The notes beneath the pieces are model-generated. The model was given only the letters and a program-made list of their open reading frames with translations, searched no databases and was not told the DNA's origin. The position numbers were made by a program, and so were the translations under genes. A DNA stretch of 64,000 bases from Candidatus Saccharimonadales bacterium (GTDB lineage: Bacteria; Patescibacteriota; Saccharimonadia; Saccharimonadales; JBGSXW01): contig JBGSXW010000003.1 in NCBI GenBank assembly GCA_041751215.1, positions 19,613 to 83,612 of the forward strand, given 5' to 3'. Positions 34,590 to 43,944 of the stretch are shown one piece after another (within the stretch, counting starts at the first letter, position 1; each line of letters starts with the position of its first letter).

Positions 34590-35410
34590 TGACCATGACA
34601 GAAGATCAAGACAGTATCTACATCCCTGAAGCAGCGCACGATTTGCCCTTTGCTGGTGGCTACACGGTGACCGGTGATGAATCGGCTCATGCGATCTCAA
34701 TAGACGGCGGACTCGCCGACGGATGGTCGCCCTACAACCGCTACTTAGACGGCGATAAGTGGACAGTTAAAAATGTTCAGCGCAACTACAATCTTGTTAG
34801 CGAGAGTATTAATAGCGAGGGTTTTAGAGAATATCTCGACCTGGTAGATGAGCTGCCTGATTATGGGCTTAACGTTATCAACTTTCATCCACTAATTGCT
34901 CAAGACTGGCCCAGCAGTGAAGATGATGCCGACCCGCAGTGGCTGGTGGTAACAGATCTGGTGGATGACCTAAGATTTAGTGACGCACTGTCTGGCGATT
35001 TCCTGAATCGCCCCCGCGACGGAGCTATGCTTCGGGACTGGCTGAGTTCGGTAGTTGGCTACTATGAACAGAAGGTTATTTCCAGCGAGCCTATTATCAC
35101 TGGCTTAGCCGATCCTCGTATGTATGCTTGGTCAGAGGGGGAGGCGCCCGTGCTAGTCGAACTTGAGGGCTATTTTGTTAGTCCAACCAAGCGACTGCAA
35201 ATTGCCTCATACCAAGAAGAACTCAGCTTAGCGATGCGTGAGATAGTCGCAACCTTTAATCAGATACGAACAAAAGTCGAGGATCCATTCTCCGTTAAGC
35301 AACAGATCAGAGATTGTGCCGAGGTATTCATAGCAGCAATCGAAGCTCGGGGTGGTTACGATGGTCATGCTGTTGATTACATCAACCAGAGTTTACAAGA
35401 AGATCTTTAG
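34589..35410 (+). CDS. Hypothetical protein (273 aa)
   Basis: Translationally coupled to the previous ORF. Acidic. No motif recognised. Confidence 0.6.
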   Translation: MTMTEDQDSIYIPEAAHDLPFAGGYTVTGDESAHAISIDGGLADGWSPYNRYLDGDKWTVKNVQRNYNLVSESINSEGFREYLDLVDELPDYGLNVINFHPLIAQDWPSSEDDADPQWLVVTDLVDDLRFSDALSGDFLNRPRDGAMLRDWLSSVVGYYEQKVISSEPIITGLADPRMYAWSEGEAPVLVELEGYFVSPTKRLQIASYQEELSLAMREIVATFNQIRTKVEDPFSVKQQIRDCAEVFIAAIEARGGYDGHAVDYINQSLQEDL

Positions 35411-35542
35411 GGTTGAACTCGAGAGTTACATCTGTTAAGATTGCCTAGTTAATAACGAAGCAATGTGTAGAGGAATCCTCGTGCTGACTGGACTCAACCG
35501 GTCAAACACGTAGCTGCACATGAAGAACGAAAGGATTTTCCA

Positions 35543-36343
35543 ATGAGCGTGACAGTAGATGTCAAAGAACTCTTAAAGAGTGGGGCCCACTTTGGGCACA
35601 AAACTAGTAGATGGCACCCTAAAATGGCGCCGTATATTCACAGTAAGCGCGGAAGCGCTCACATTATTGATTTGGTGCAAACCGCAGAGCTTTTAGAAGA
35701 AGCTCTAACATTTGTCACTAAAACCGTTAGCGAAGGCAAGCAAGTGTTGCTTGTTGGCACCAAGCGCCAAGCTCACGAAGTGCTAGAAGAAGCAGCCGAA
35801 AAAACCGGTATGCCTTACGTTACCAAGCGTTGGCTCGGTGGCATGATCACCAACTGGCCAACCATGTCTGGACGCATCAAACACCTCAAGCAACTTGAGG
35901 AAAAAATGGAATCTGGCGAACTTGGAGCTAAATACAACAAGCTTGAAGTTCAGCGGTTCCAAGAAGAAATCGATAAGCTCAATCACTTGTTTGGCGGCAT
36001 AAAAGATATGCAGGGAATTCCTGGAATTGTCTTTATCGTCGATGTCGTAAAAGATGATCTAGCGGTTAAAGAAGCTCGCCGTTTGGGCATTCCAGTTATT
36101 GGGATTGTGGACACCAACGCTGACCCAACCTTGATCGACTACCCAATTCCTTGCAACGACGATGCCATCAAAGCAATTACTTTAGTTGTAGATTATCTAA
36201 TGCAAGCCATCGAAGCCGGTAAGGCTAAGCGTGCTAAAGCAGCACCAGTTGTCGACAAAGACGACGCTGCTCAGGACGAAGAAACCAAAGCGCCAGTGAA
36301 GCGTGTAGTTGGGAAAGCAGTTGTAAAGGAGGAGGAAGACTAA
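35543..36343 (+). CDS. rpsB: 30S ribosomal protein S2
   Basis: LLKSGAHFGHKTSRWHPKM..., ..KRWLGGMITNW.. and ..IVDTNADP.. Confidence 0.97.
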   Translation: MSVTVDVKELLKSGAHFGHKTSRWHPKMAPYIHSKRGSAHIIDLVQTAELLEEALTFVTKTVSEGKQVLLVGTKRQAHEVLEEAAEKTGMPYVTKRWLGGMITNWPTMSGRIKHLKQLEEKMESGELGAKYNKLEVQRFQEEIDKLNHLFGGIKDMQGIPGIVFIVDVVKDDLAVKEARRLGIPVIGIVDTNADPTLIDYPIPCNDDAIKAITLVVDYLMQAIEAGKAKRAKAAPVVDKDDAAQDEETKAPVKRVVGKAVVKEEED

Positions 36344-36939
36344 TGGCAGTTGATATCGAACAAGTAAAAAAACTTAAAAACATGACCGGTGTTGGTATAA
36401 CTGACGCCAAAAAGGCTCTAGAAGAAGCCGGCGGTGACTTTGACAAGGCTCTAGAAGCCATGCGCGTTAAGGGTATGGCCCGAGCCGATAAAAAGGCCGA
36501 CCGCGAAGCTCGTGCTGGTGTCGTCGATGCTTACGTTCATAGTGGTCGCATTGGGGTTTTAGTAGAAGTTAACTGCGAAACTGATTTTGTAGCTCGCACC
36601 GACGACTTTAAGAACTTTGTGCACGATATTGCTATGCACATTGCTGCTAGCGCGCCAGAGTTTATAGACGTAGCCGACGTTACCGAAGAAGCAACCAACA
36701 AAGAACTAGAGTTAATTGCTCAGGAGCTCAAGAACGAAGGCAAGCCAGCCGATATGATCGAGAAAATCTCGGCCGGCAAGTTAGCCAAGTGGCACCAAGG
36801 TGCAGTGCTTCTAAAACAGCCTTACATCAAGAATCCGGATCAAAGCGTGGAAGATTATCTTAAAGAAACCATCGCAAAACTTGGCGAAAACATCGTCATC
36901 CGCAGCATGCACCGTGTAGAATTAGGTGAGAACTCTTAA
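36343..36939 (+). CDS. tsf: Elongation factor Ts
   Basis: VKKLKNMTGVGITDAKKALEEAGGDFDKALEAMR and LVEVNCETDFVART. Confidence 0.95.
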   Translation: MAVDIEQVKKLKNMTGVGITDAKKALEEAGGDFDKALEAMRVKGMARADKKADREARAGVVDAYVHSGRIGVLVEVNCETDFVARTDDFKNFVHDIAMHIAASAPEFIDVADVTEEATNKELELIAQELKNEGKPADMIEKISAGKLAKWHQGAVLLKQPYIKNPDQSVEDYLKETIAKLGENIVIRSMHRVELGENS

Positions 36940-36972
36940 ACTACGCAATAGTTCAAATCTAAGGGGGTAGAC

Positions 36973-37530
36973 ATGGCTCTAACAGTTGACGAAGCAAAAC
37001 CAAAGATGCAACAAGCAGTCGATCGGCTGCTAGAAGATCTTAAGAAATTACGAACCGGCCGAGCCAGCTCGAGCATGGTTGATGGCGTATCAGTCGAAGT
37101 TTACGGACAAAAGATGCCGCTTAATCACTTAGCTTCAATTACCGCAGTTGACGCGCAGATGATTCAGGTTTCGCCGTTTGACCCCAATAACCTTGATGCA
37201 ATCTCATCAGCGATTCGAGATGATAGTTCGCTTGGACTTAATCCAGCTGATGACGGCAAGGTGATTCGTTTACCAATTCCGGCAATGACTGCCGAGCGGC
37301 GCCAAGAAGTTGTAAAACAACTCAAAGAACGAGTTGAGGACAGCTTTGTTAGTCTGCGCAATATTCGCCACGAAGTCATCAACACTGCCAAGCAAGACTG
37401 GAAAGATAAGAACATCAGCGAAGATGACCTAAAGCACGCAACCAAGCGAGTTGACGAACTACACGATGAATTCAAAAAAACCATCGAACAAATGTCTAAG
37501 GACAAAGAAACTGAAATAATGACCATCTAG
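36973..37530 (+). CDS. frr: Ribosome recycling factor
   Basis: LRTGRASSSMVDGVSVEVYGQKMPLNHLASI.. and ..IRLPIPAMTAERRQE.. Confidence 0.95.
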   Translation: MALTVDEAKPKMQQAVDRLLEDLKKLRTGRASSSMVDGVSVEVYGQKMPLNHLASITAVDAQMIQVSPFDPNNLDAISSAIRDDSSLGLNPADDGKVIRLPIPAMTAERRQEVVKQLKERVEDSFVSLRNIRHEVINTAKQDWKDKNISEDDLKHATKRVDELHDEFKKTIEQMSKDKETEIMTI

Positions 37531-37560
37531 TCGGTTTAAAGGGAGGGTAGAGCAATAAAC

Positions 37561-38268
37561 ATGTCATCGAGTTCTTTGGTGCAAACGCCGCAGCATATTG
37601 GCTTTATTCTTGATGGAAATCGCCGCTGGGCTCAAGCCCAAGGACTGCCAAAACTAGAAGGTCATCGCCGCGGATACGAGCACCTAAAAGCCATTGTTCG
37701 CCACGCTCACAGCAGGGGCGTTAAGTTTGTATCGGCCTACATTTTTTCTAGCGAAAACTGGAATCGATCCAAATCCGAAGTGTCATATCTAATGGGCTTG
37801 GCACTCAAAGTTGCAACTCAGGACATCGAAGAACTGCACAAAGACAATGTACGCGTACGGTTTTTAGGTCGACGCGACGGATTGTCCGACAAGCTAGTAA
37901 AGGCGATTGCAAATGCCGAAGAAAAGACCAAGCACAACACCAAAGGCACCCTTGCACTTTGCTTTAACTACGGTGGTCAGCAAGAAATTGTCGATGCTCT
38001 TAAGTCGTTAGTCGATAAAGGTGTTAAGTCCGAGGATGTAACTGAAGCCTTAATAGAACAAGAACTCTATGCATCCGACATTCCAGCTTTAGATTTAATA
38101 ATTCGTACCTCTGGAGAAAAGCGTTTAAGTAATTTTATGCTCTGGCGCGCAGCCTATGCTGAGTTATACTTTGCACAAATGCACTGGCCTAGCTTTACAA
38201 TTAACGACTTAGACGACGCGCTAGCAGACTACGCTAGTCGTGAACGAAGATTCGGAGGAGGCAAGTGA
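37561..38268 (+). CDS. uppS: Undecaprenyl diphosphate synthase
   Basis: IGFILDGNRRWA, SAYIFSSENWNRS, IRTSGEKRLSNFMLW and RRFGG. Confidence 0.93.
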   Translation: MSSSSLVQTPQHIGFILDGNRRWAQAQGLPKLEGHRRGYEHLKAIVRHAHSRGVKFVSAYIFSSENWNRSKSEVSYLMGLALKVATQDIEELHKDNVRVRFLGRRDGLSDKLVKAIANAEEKTKHNTKGTLALCFNYGGQQEIVDALKSLVDKGVKSEDVTEALIEQELYASDIPALDLIIRTSGEKRLSNFMLWRAAYAELYFAQMHWPSFTINDLDDALADYASRERRFGGGK

Positions 38269-39350
38269 TGTTATTCTTGGGTCTGGTTTTTTTTGTAATT
38301 TTAATTCTGGTCCATGAATTCGGACACTTTATCGTGGCTCGCCGCAATGGGGTCAAGGTCGAGGAGTTCGGAGTGGGATTTCCACCCAAGCTAATCGGCA
38401 AGCGCTTCAAGAAAGGCGACACCGAGTACACCATCAACTTGCTGCCGCTTGGTGGGTTCGTTCGATTAAAGGGCGAGAACGAGGCCGATAAGAGCGAGGG
38501 AAGCCTCGGTGCAACCAGTTACTGGTCTAAAACCAAGATTATGTTTGCTGGTGTGGCCATGAACTTTTTAACTGCTGCGGTTCTACTGACAGGGCTAGCA
38601 CTGGTTGGCATGCCAAACTTTGTCGACAATCAATTTAGTGTTGATTGGGATTCTAATGTTGTTGATCAGTCGGTGGCCGTTGGCTCCGTAGAGGACGGTT
38701 CTCCGGCTTCTGACCTGGGGATGAAAACTGGCGACCGCTTAGTTTCAATTAACGGCGAGGCAATTGAGACTAAGCAAGGGCTTATTGAAACCACAAGTAG
38801 CCTGGCGGGTGAGAGCATAGAGTTGACCTATGTTCAGGCCGGTCAAGAGATTACAACCGACGTTACGCTATCAGACGGCGAAGACGATAAAGGCTATCTA
38901 GGGGTTTTCACCGTAGAGCTAGAAAAAACCAAGTACGGCGTGACTGCTCCAATTGTCGGTCTGGGAACTGCTATCCAGTTAACGGCGCTGACAGCTCAGG
39001 GCTTGGGCGCTCTGTTTCTAGATTTAATAACAGGCGACTTTGGGGCTGCATCAAAGGCGGTGTCCGGGCCGGTTGGGGTAGTGTCGTTGCTAGGTGACTT
39101 TGGCGGCTTTGGCTTTGCTTATCTGATCTTCTTTATCTCGACGATCTCTTTGACTCTGGCGGTTATAAACGCCATGCCGATTCCGGCACTAGATGGTGGT
39201 CGCTGGTTTATAATGACTCTCTTTAAGGTTTTTAAAGTTCCGCTTAACCAGCGAACAGAAGAGATTATTCACGGTACTGGATTTGCCTTACTGATGCTAT
39301 TGATCGTGCTTATTAGCATTGTTGATGTGAATCGGTTTATCTTGAAATGA
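38265..39350 (+). CDS. Site-2 (M50) intramembrane zinc metalloprotease, RseP-like, with PDZ
   Basis: LVHEFGHFIVAR (HExxH), PDZ segment and NAMPIPALDGG. Confidence 0.85.
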   Translation: MMLFLGLVFFVILILVHEFGHFIVARRNGVKVEEFGVGFPPKLIGKRFKKGDTEYTINLLPLGGFVRLKGENEADKSEGSLGATSYWSKTKIMFAGVAMNFLTAAVLLTGLALVGMPNFVDNQFSVDWDSNVVDQSVAVGSVEDGSPASDLGMKTGDRLVSINGEAIETKQGLIETTSSLAGESIELTYVQAGQEITTDVTLSDGEDDKGYLGVFTVELEKTKYGVTAPIVGLGTAIQLTALTAQGLGALFLDLITGDFGAASKAVSGPVGVVSLLGDFGGFGFAYLIFFISTISLTLAVINAMPIPALDGGRWFIMTLFKVFKVPLNQRTEEIIHGTGFALLMLLIVLISIVDVNRFILK

Positions 39351-40078
39351 GTGCAGCCCAAGACGACGTCCAAACTGGCTGGGGTCCGATTGCGGCCGTA
39401 CTGTACGGGATAGTCGCTTACTTGGGGCCACAGATTATCGTCGGTTTGTTAATTGGAATCGCCATCGGCGTGTTTGGTTTGTCTGCGGAGTCATCCTGGC
39501 TGGGAGAAGACGCCAGTATTTTTGCTAAAGCAACGCTAGTTACGGTATTCTCGGCTGCAACTTTAACGCTCCTTTGGCTATACGTCAGAACTCGGGGGGG
39601 CTTAAAGGCACTCGGGATCAGAGGTATTCCACTCAAGCAGTATTGGCTGCTTTTGCTAGCTATTGGGATCTATCTTATCGGCATGATTACGGCACTTAGC
39701 TTAACCAAAGCTTTGTTGCCTGGAGTGGATCTTGAGGAGGAGCAAATTACTGGCTTTGAGAATGCCGGGGGCTTTGTGCAGCTGCTGCTGGTTGGTCTTG
39801 CACTGACAGTGATCGTGCCTGTTACCGAGGAGGTGTTGTTTCGAGGATTTCTATTTAAAGGCTTAGCTACAAAAATGAGCTGGCCGATTGCGGCAGTGAT
39901 TTCGAGCATTTTATTTGGTTTGGCGCACTTGCAGCTAAATGTTGGAATAGACACCTTTGTTTTTGGCATGGTGGCCAGTTGGTTGGTGGTTCGCACAAAC
40001 TCCGTGGTGCCTGCTATACTTTTGCATGTAATTAAGAATGCTCTGGCCTTTGCCTTTGTGTTTGTAATTGGGACGTAA
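39347..40078 (+). CDS. CPBP (CAAX) family intramembrane protease
   Basis: VTEEVLFRGFLF, FGLAHL and LLHVIKNA motifs in a polytopic protein. Confidence 0.8.
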   Translation: MSAAQDDVQTGWGPIAAVLYGIVAYLGPQIIVGLLIGIAIGVFGLSAESSWLGEDASIFAKATLVTVFSAATLTLLWLYVRTRGGLKALGIRGIPLKQYWLLLLAIGIYLIGMITALSLTKALLPGVDLEEEQITGFENAGGFVQLLLVGLALTVIVPVTEEVLFRGFLFKGLATKMSWPIAAVISSILFGLAHLQLNVGIDTFVFGMVASWLVVRTNSVVPAILLHVIKNALAFAFVFVIGT

Positions 40079-40086
40079 GAACCACT

Positions 40087-41331
40087 ATGAGACTCTCGAA
40101 ACTATTTACTAAAACCAGAAAAGACGCACCATCGGATGAAGCGGCCAAGAATGCTCAGCTTCTAATTAAAGCCGGATATATTCACAAGGAAATGGCCGGC
40201 GTTTACAGCTACTTGCCACTAGGACTGAATGTTTTAAACAAGATCTCAGATATCGTTCGCGAAGAAATGAACGAAGTCGATGGTCAAGAAATCCTGATGA
40301 CCGCACTACAGCTAAAAGAGCGCTACGAAGCTACGAATCGCTGGGATGACGCCGTGGTCGACAACTGGTTTAAGACCAAACTCGCTAACGGGCAAGAGTT
40401 AGGCTTGGGTTTTTCACACGAGGAAAATCTATCGCCGATTGTTAAACAATACGCGCATTCCTACAAAGACTTTCCGGTGTCGATTTATCAGATTCAGACA
40501 AAATTCAGAAACGAGCTTCGGAGCAAGAGCGGGTTGATGCGCGGCCGCGAGTTCTTAATGAAGGACATGTACTCGTACTCTTTATCTCAGGAGCAGCACG
40601 ACGAATACTACGAGCGAGTCAAAGCGGCTTATCTTAAGGTTTATGACCGACTAGGAATTGGCGACAAAACTTTTGTGACGTTTGCCAGCGGAGGCAGTTT
40701 TAGTAAATACAGCCATGAATTTCAGACACTCTCTGAGGCTGGCGAGGACATTATTTACTTGGACCGTCAGAAAAAGCTAGCGATCAACAAAGAAGTTTAC
40801 AACGATGAGACCATTGCCGAGCTCGGCGTTAAAAAGGAAGAACTCGAAGAAGTAAAAGGTATTGAAGTCGGAAATATCTTTAGTCTTGGCACTAAGTTTT
40901 CAGAGCCATTTGACGTTAGCGTGACCAACGAACAAGGCGAAAGCCTAACTGCCATTATGGGCTGCTACGGCATCGGCATTAGCCGACTCATGGGCACTGT
41001 CGCTGAACTTATGAGCGACGACAAAGGACTAGTTTGGCCAAAGAACATCGCACCAGCTCAAGTTTACCTAGTAAGGCTAGGGGATGATGAAAAAGTTGTG
41101 GCACAAGCCGACAAGCTCTACGCTGATCTTAAGAGCGCTGGCTTAGAAGTGCTTTACGATGACCGAGATCGCCGCGCCGGCGAGAAGTTTGCCGATGCTG
41201 ACCTTACCGGCATACCACTAAGAGTTGTGGTTAGTGATCGAACCGAAGGTGATAACTTTGAGTCAAAGGCTCGAAACAGCGACGAGACAGAAAATCTTAC
41301 TTTGGCTCAAATCGTAGAGCGCTCTAAGTAG
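40087..41331 (+). CDS. proS: Prolyl-tRNA synthetase, short bacterial-type form lacking the INS editing domain
   Basis: MRLSKLFTKTRKDAPSDE..AQLLIKAGYI..GVYSYLPLG, RGREFLMKDMYSY (motif 2) and GCYGIGISRLMG (motif 3). Only ~45 aa lie where INS normally sits. Confidence 0.9.
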   Translation: MRLSKLFTKTRKDAPSDEAAKNAQLLIKAGYIHKEMAGVYSYLPLGLNVLNKISDIVREEMNEVDGQEILMTALQLKERYEATNRWDDAVVDNWFKTKLANGQELGLGFSHEENLSPIVKQYAHSYKDFPVSIYQIQTKFRNELRSKSGLMRGREFLMKDMYSYSLSQEQHDEYYERVKAAYLKVYDRLGIGDKTFVTFASGGSFSKYSHEFQTLSEAGEDIIYLDRQKKLAINKEVYNDETIAELGVKKEELEEVKGIEVGNIFSLGTKFSEPFDVSVTNEQGESLTAIMGCYGIGISRLMGTVAELMSDDKGLVWPKNIAPAQVYLVRLGDDEKVVAQADKLYADLKSAGLEVLYDDRDRRAGEKFADADLTGIPLRVVVSDRTEGDNFESKARNSDETENLTLAQIVERSK

Positions 41332-41464
41332 CAATTACGGCGCGAGTTATATAATTTCAGCTGCTTTAGATGCGCTCACCTCTGTAAAATGATGACAATA
41401 GCACAATGACTTATATCGTGCTTATGCTTGGCCGACCATCCCTTGACAGCGTACAATAAAAAAA

Positions 41465-41613
41465 GCCTGTTAGGTTATGCATGTTTGTTAAGTGAGCCGG
41501 CTGAGCAATCAGCCGAAACGGATATAGGGCGCGGAAGCGTATCAAGACAGATACGCTGACAAGCCTTAGACCCGTTTTACAGGCGAATGATCAGACGGCA
41601 AAGCTGAACAGGC
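41465..41613 (+). promoter_or_regulatory. Structured 5' leader / small RNA candidate upstream of mreB
   Basis: GCCTGT (41465) can pair with ACAGGC (41579) or with AACAGGC (41607). Inner hairpins are CGGCTGA-GCAA-TCAGCCG and AGCGTATC-AAGACA-GATACGCT. AAACGG pairs with CCGTTT. Candidate promoter TTGGCC-18-TACAAT at 41428-41457. Confidence 0.35.
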
Positions 41614-41637
41614 ATTAGCTAATAGGGTTTAGATATC

Positions 41638-42681
41638 ATGGCAGAAAAAAAACGCGGCGTTGGCCGATACATTAGTCACAATATTGCTGTCGATCTTGGC
41701 ACGGCTAATACTTTAGTGTCGGTTGACGGACACGGAATTATTATCAACGAGCCAAGCGTGGTTGCGACTAATCGCAAAACAAAAAAAGTGATTGCTATTG
41801 GCAAAGAAGCTAAAAAAATGGTCGGTCGCACGCCTAAATCAATTATTGCTGCGCGTCCGTTGGTTGATGGTGTGGTTAGCGACTTTGAAATTACCGAGCA
41901 CATGTTAAAGCATTTCGTAAGCACCATTCACAAGAACCACCGAGTGCTTGTGAGCCGTCCTCGCATGGTGGTTGGTTTACCTTCTGGTGTTACCGAAGTC
42001 GAGAAGCGCGCGGTCGAAGAAGCAGCCAAGAGCAGTGGTGCCAGAAGGATATATTTGATAGAAGAGCCGGTTGCCGCCGCAATTGGTGCTGGACTGGATA
42101 TTACCGATGAGCGAGGTTGTATGGTGGTAGACATTGGTGGCGGAACTACAGAGATCGCGGTACTCGCTAGTGGCGGTGTAGTGGTGGCGAGAAGCCTTAG
42201 AATCGCTGGTGATGAAATGACCGAAACTATAATTCAGTTTGTTCGGGATGAGTACAATCTGCAAATTGGTGAACGCACAGCCGAGGACATAAAAACCAAA
42301 ATTGGCGCGGTTTATTCTCACTCCGACACTAAAAGCATGATGGTACGCGGTCGCAATGTCATAACTGGGTTACCGCAAGAGATTGAATTAACTTCTGATG
42401 TTGTCCGAATGCCACTTAGCAAACAGGTTCGTCCAATTGTTGACGGCGTAAAAACCATTTTAGAAGAAACTCCGCCCGAGCTAATATCGGACATCATGCA
42501 GCGAGGTATTGTTGTGGCCGGCGGCGGCGCTTTGGTCGCCGGACTAGATCATTTAATTAAGCAAGAAACCCACATTGACGTGGTTGTGCCCAAGAACGCG
42601 CTAACCGCAGTAGTCGAGGGAGCAGCAATTGCCCTGCGAGAATCAGATCGTTATAAAGATGTGCTGATGAGCTCTAATTGA
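41638..42681 (+). CDS. mreB: Rod-shape-determining actin homologue MreB
   Basis: IAVDLGTANTLV, VVDIGGGTTEIAV and GIVVAGGGALV. Confidence 0.95.
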   Translation: MAEKKRGVGRYISHNIAVDLGTANTLVSVDGHGIIINEPSVVATNRKTKKVIAIGKEAKKMVGRTPKSIIAARPLVDGVVSDFEITEHMLKHFVSTIHKNHRVLVSRPRMVVGLPSGVTEVEKRAVEEAAKSSGARRIYLIEEPVAAAIGAGLDITDERGCMVVDIGGGTTEIAVLASGGVVVARSLRIAGDEMTETIIQFVRDEYNLQIGERTAEDIKTKIGAVYSHSDTKSMMVRGRNVITGLPQEIELTSDVVRMPLSKQVRPIVDGVKTILEETPPELISDIMQRGIVVAGGGALVAGLDHLIKQETHIDVVVPKNALTAVVEGAAIALRESDRYKDVLMSSN

Positions 42682-42724
42682 GCACATACGGGCGCTTTCT
42701 GTTTCTAATTTTGCACCCAGGGCT

Positions 42725-42730
42725 TAAAAT
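42725..42730 (+). promoter_or_regulatory. -10 box, 6 nt from the mreC start (leaderless-type internal promoter)
   Basis: TAAAAT, then TTAGAT, then ATG at 42737. Confidence 0.3.
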
Positions 42731-42736
42731 TTAGAT

Positions 42737-43462
42737 ATGAATGAATCTAACCGCGCGCCAATTTTTATCAGCATCGTCATTGTTTTATTGGTCGCCGTTC
42801 GGCTAATCTCGGGGCTGGATCCGGTGGCTCGCGCCTATGATGGAATCCTTAACCCGATTACCAGCAGAATCAATAAGCTTACAGTTGGCAACGAAGTTGT
42901 GACTGGAGGTTCGCCGGCTGAACTCGAGCTTAAGCAACTAAAAGAAGAAAATAGGTTGCTACGCGATCAATTGTCGTTTGCAGGTGACTTGCCGTACGAA
43001 ACAATTGCAGCCGACGTTATGCGTAAACGAACAAACGGTCCGCGCAAATATGTATCAATTAACCGCGGATCGTCTGATGGCCTAAAAATAGGCGATTCGG
43101 TATTGAGCGCGGGAGTTTTAGTTGGAGTTGTCAGCAGTGTTAACCGTGGATCGTCCGATGTTCAGCTGGTAACGGACGCTCAGTTTCGAGCAACTGCGCG
43201 CGCAGTTGATAGCAGCGCTCAGGGTGTGGTGACAAACCAATACGGTAGTACCAGCTTTAACTTGGTACCAAGGGAACTAAGTGAGGGCAGCGTAATCGAA
43301 ACCGATGGCTCTGACGAAGTATTTCCTCCCGGCTTAGCCATTGGCAAAACCGGTAGCTTAGTGGCAAGCAACAACTCTGTCTTTAATCGCTACGTGTTGG
43401 TGCTGCCAATAAACCCCGGCCAGCTAGACACAGTGATTATAATTGTCGGAGAAGACTTTTGA
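42737..43462 (+). CDS. mreC: Rod-shape-determining protein MreC
   Basis: N-terminal TM, coiled coil LKQLKEENRLLRDQL, beta-domain. Position between mreB and mreD. Confidence 0.85.
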   Translation: MNESNRAPIFISIVIVLLVAVRLISGLDPVARAYDGILNPITSRINKLTVGNEVVTGGSPAELELKQLKEENRLLRDQLSFAGDLPYETIAADVMRKRTNGPRKYVSINRGSSDGLKIGDSVLSAGVLVGVVSSVNRGSSDVQLVTDAQFRATARAVDSSAQGVVTNQYGSTSFNLVPRELSEGSVIETDGSDEVFPPGLAIGKTGSLVASNNSVFNRYVLVLPINPGQLDTVIIIVGEDF

Positions 43463-43944
43463 TTGCGCTACTGGCAATAACTATTGTCGCTAGTTTATTG
43501 CAGTACTTTATATTTGAACCAGTTTTAGGAATCGTCCCGCAGCTTAGTGTGTTGGTGCTAGTTTGGCTCAGCGGCATGGCAAAGCCATCGCAGCTGGCTT
43601 GTGTGGCTTTAGTAAACGGCCTAATGGTGGCTATTTTAGTTCCCGGGCCATCTTTGGCTATTGCGGCTGGCTACGGGCTGTTCGGGCTCCTCTTAGCTTG
43701 GTTTGAAGCCGGCCGTGCTGATGGGCATAATCATTTTGATACGGAACTTTTGGATCAGAATTCTTTAGTGGGCTTTGTAGCGCTCGGATCGATTTGTGTA
43801 ACTTTGTTGCCGGTTGTCTTCATAATTCCCACCGGCTATTTATCGGTCGCAGTCGTCAACGCTTTAATTACCAGTCTGGTTACAGCGCTTCTTGCTGCGG
43901 TTATCTATAAGTTTTATAGAGGGTGGGTGAGCAGTGGGCGCTAG
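43459..43944 (+). CDS. mreD: Rod-shape-determining protein MreD (by position and topology)
   Basis: Small polytopic membrane protein. TTG start overlaps the mreC stop. Confidence 0.6.
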   Translation: MIALLAITIVASLLQYFIFEPVLGIVPQLSVLVLVWLSGMAKPSQLACVALVNGLMVAILVPGPSLAIAAGYGLFGLLLAWFEAGRADGHNHFDTELLDQNSLVGFVALGSICVTLLPVVFIIPTGYLSVAVVNALITSLVTALLAAVIYKFYRGWVSSGR

